Assembly: GCA_963729625.1 (NCBI GenBank)
Contig: CAVSOU010000011.1
Location: 32,001 to 96,000 of the forward strand
Source: an uncultured bacterium
Lineage (GTDB): Bacteria; Chloroflexota; UBA5177; JANWHV01
Direction of reading: 5' to 3'
DNA: 64,000 bases
The position numbers were made by a program, and so were the translations under genes. This document shows, piece after piece, positions 63,620-64,000 of the stretch. Each line of letters opens with the position of its first letter. Position 1 is the first letter of the stretch. The notes beneath the pieces are model-generated. The model made no database searches and was not told where the DNA came from. It saw only the letters and a program-made list of their open reading frames with translations.

Positions 63620-63677
63620 CCTGACCGTCCACGATGCTGTGGCAAAAAGAGTTCATAACCGGTGTCAAGTCGTGCTC

Positions 63678-63707
63678 GGCGCCGTTCTGGGCCGGCCAGA
63701 GGCGCCG
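63678..63707. terminator. Hairpin between convergent genes
   Basis: GGCGCC..TCTGG-loop-CCAGA GGCGCC. Confidence 0.35.
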
Positions 63708-63708
63708 G

Positions 63709-63999
63709 TCAGTCAACCTCGTTTTCGAGCGTGAGGAGTTGCGCGCGCGCCTGCATGTGCATGACGCGGCCCCGAAGGCGCAAGAACACTTCATCGCCTC
63801 CCCCCTGTCCGTCGCGAGCCATTTCGAGTTCATAGGCCTCCTCCAGGTCCTGGCTGAAGCTGAGCACGTCCGCGCTCAGCGCCCAGTATTCCTTCAGATA
63901 GTCAGGACCGGCATGGATTGCATCAAGCAGCACTTCGAGCAGATGAAGGTCGTCGTGAAGAGCAACCCAGCGGGTCTGCCATGGAGCCAGGGCCCGTTT
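63709..63999 (-). CDS. Hypothetical protein, C-terminal part (open to the right edge)
   Basis: Frame open from the edge: KRALAPWQTRWVALHDDLHLLEVLLDAIHAG...ENEVD. Confidence 0.5.
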   Translation of the reverse strand, partial: KRALAPWQTRWVALHDDLHLLEVLLDAIHAGPDYLKEYWALSADVLSFSQDLEEAYELEMARDGQGGGDEVFLRLRGRVMHMQARAQLLTLENEVD

Positions 64000-64000
64000 G

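Overview
64 kb of a high-GC bacterial chromosome, probably Chloroflexota (inference from gene content), with many single-base frameshifts typical of an unpolished long-read assembly. The left ~26 kb is a carbohydrate-catabolic region. It holds two sugar ABC systems, a GH65/GH95-like hydrolase, a deleted LacI, a DeoR regulator, an aldolase-dehydrogenase-isomerase-epimerase operon, a PhyH dioxygenase and three URO-D/MtaA-fold paralogues. About 6.3 kb of it is bracketed by a ~160 bp direct repeat of a gene 3' end. The most striking locus is 26.4-31.7 kb, with three co-oriented genes: a small secreted protein ending in NVSWGS, a secreted S8 protease ending in (WGSVN)6-WGSDY-WGS, and a membrane protein with two sensor modules coupled to GGDEF and HD-GYP domains. 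This is a candidate protease/peptide-signal/c-di-GMP system. The right half carries MMPL, amylosucrase-like GH13, a Man-1-P guanylyltransferase/phosphomannomutase fusion, an S51 peptidase fused to a CysRS-like C-terminal domain, a peptide SBP, mutM, a GAF-GAF kinase, PHP, CYTH, a J-domain-VWA protein with a divergent Ser/Thr kinase, RluA, murA, DedA, a receiver and a Cys-rich propeller. No rRNA, tRNA, CRISPR, integrase or transposase was seen. All family calls are by motif recognition; no searches were run.
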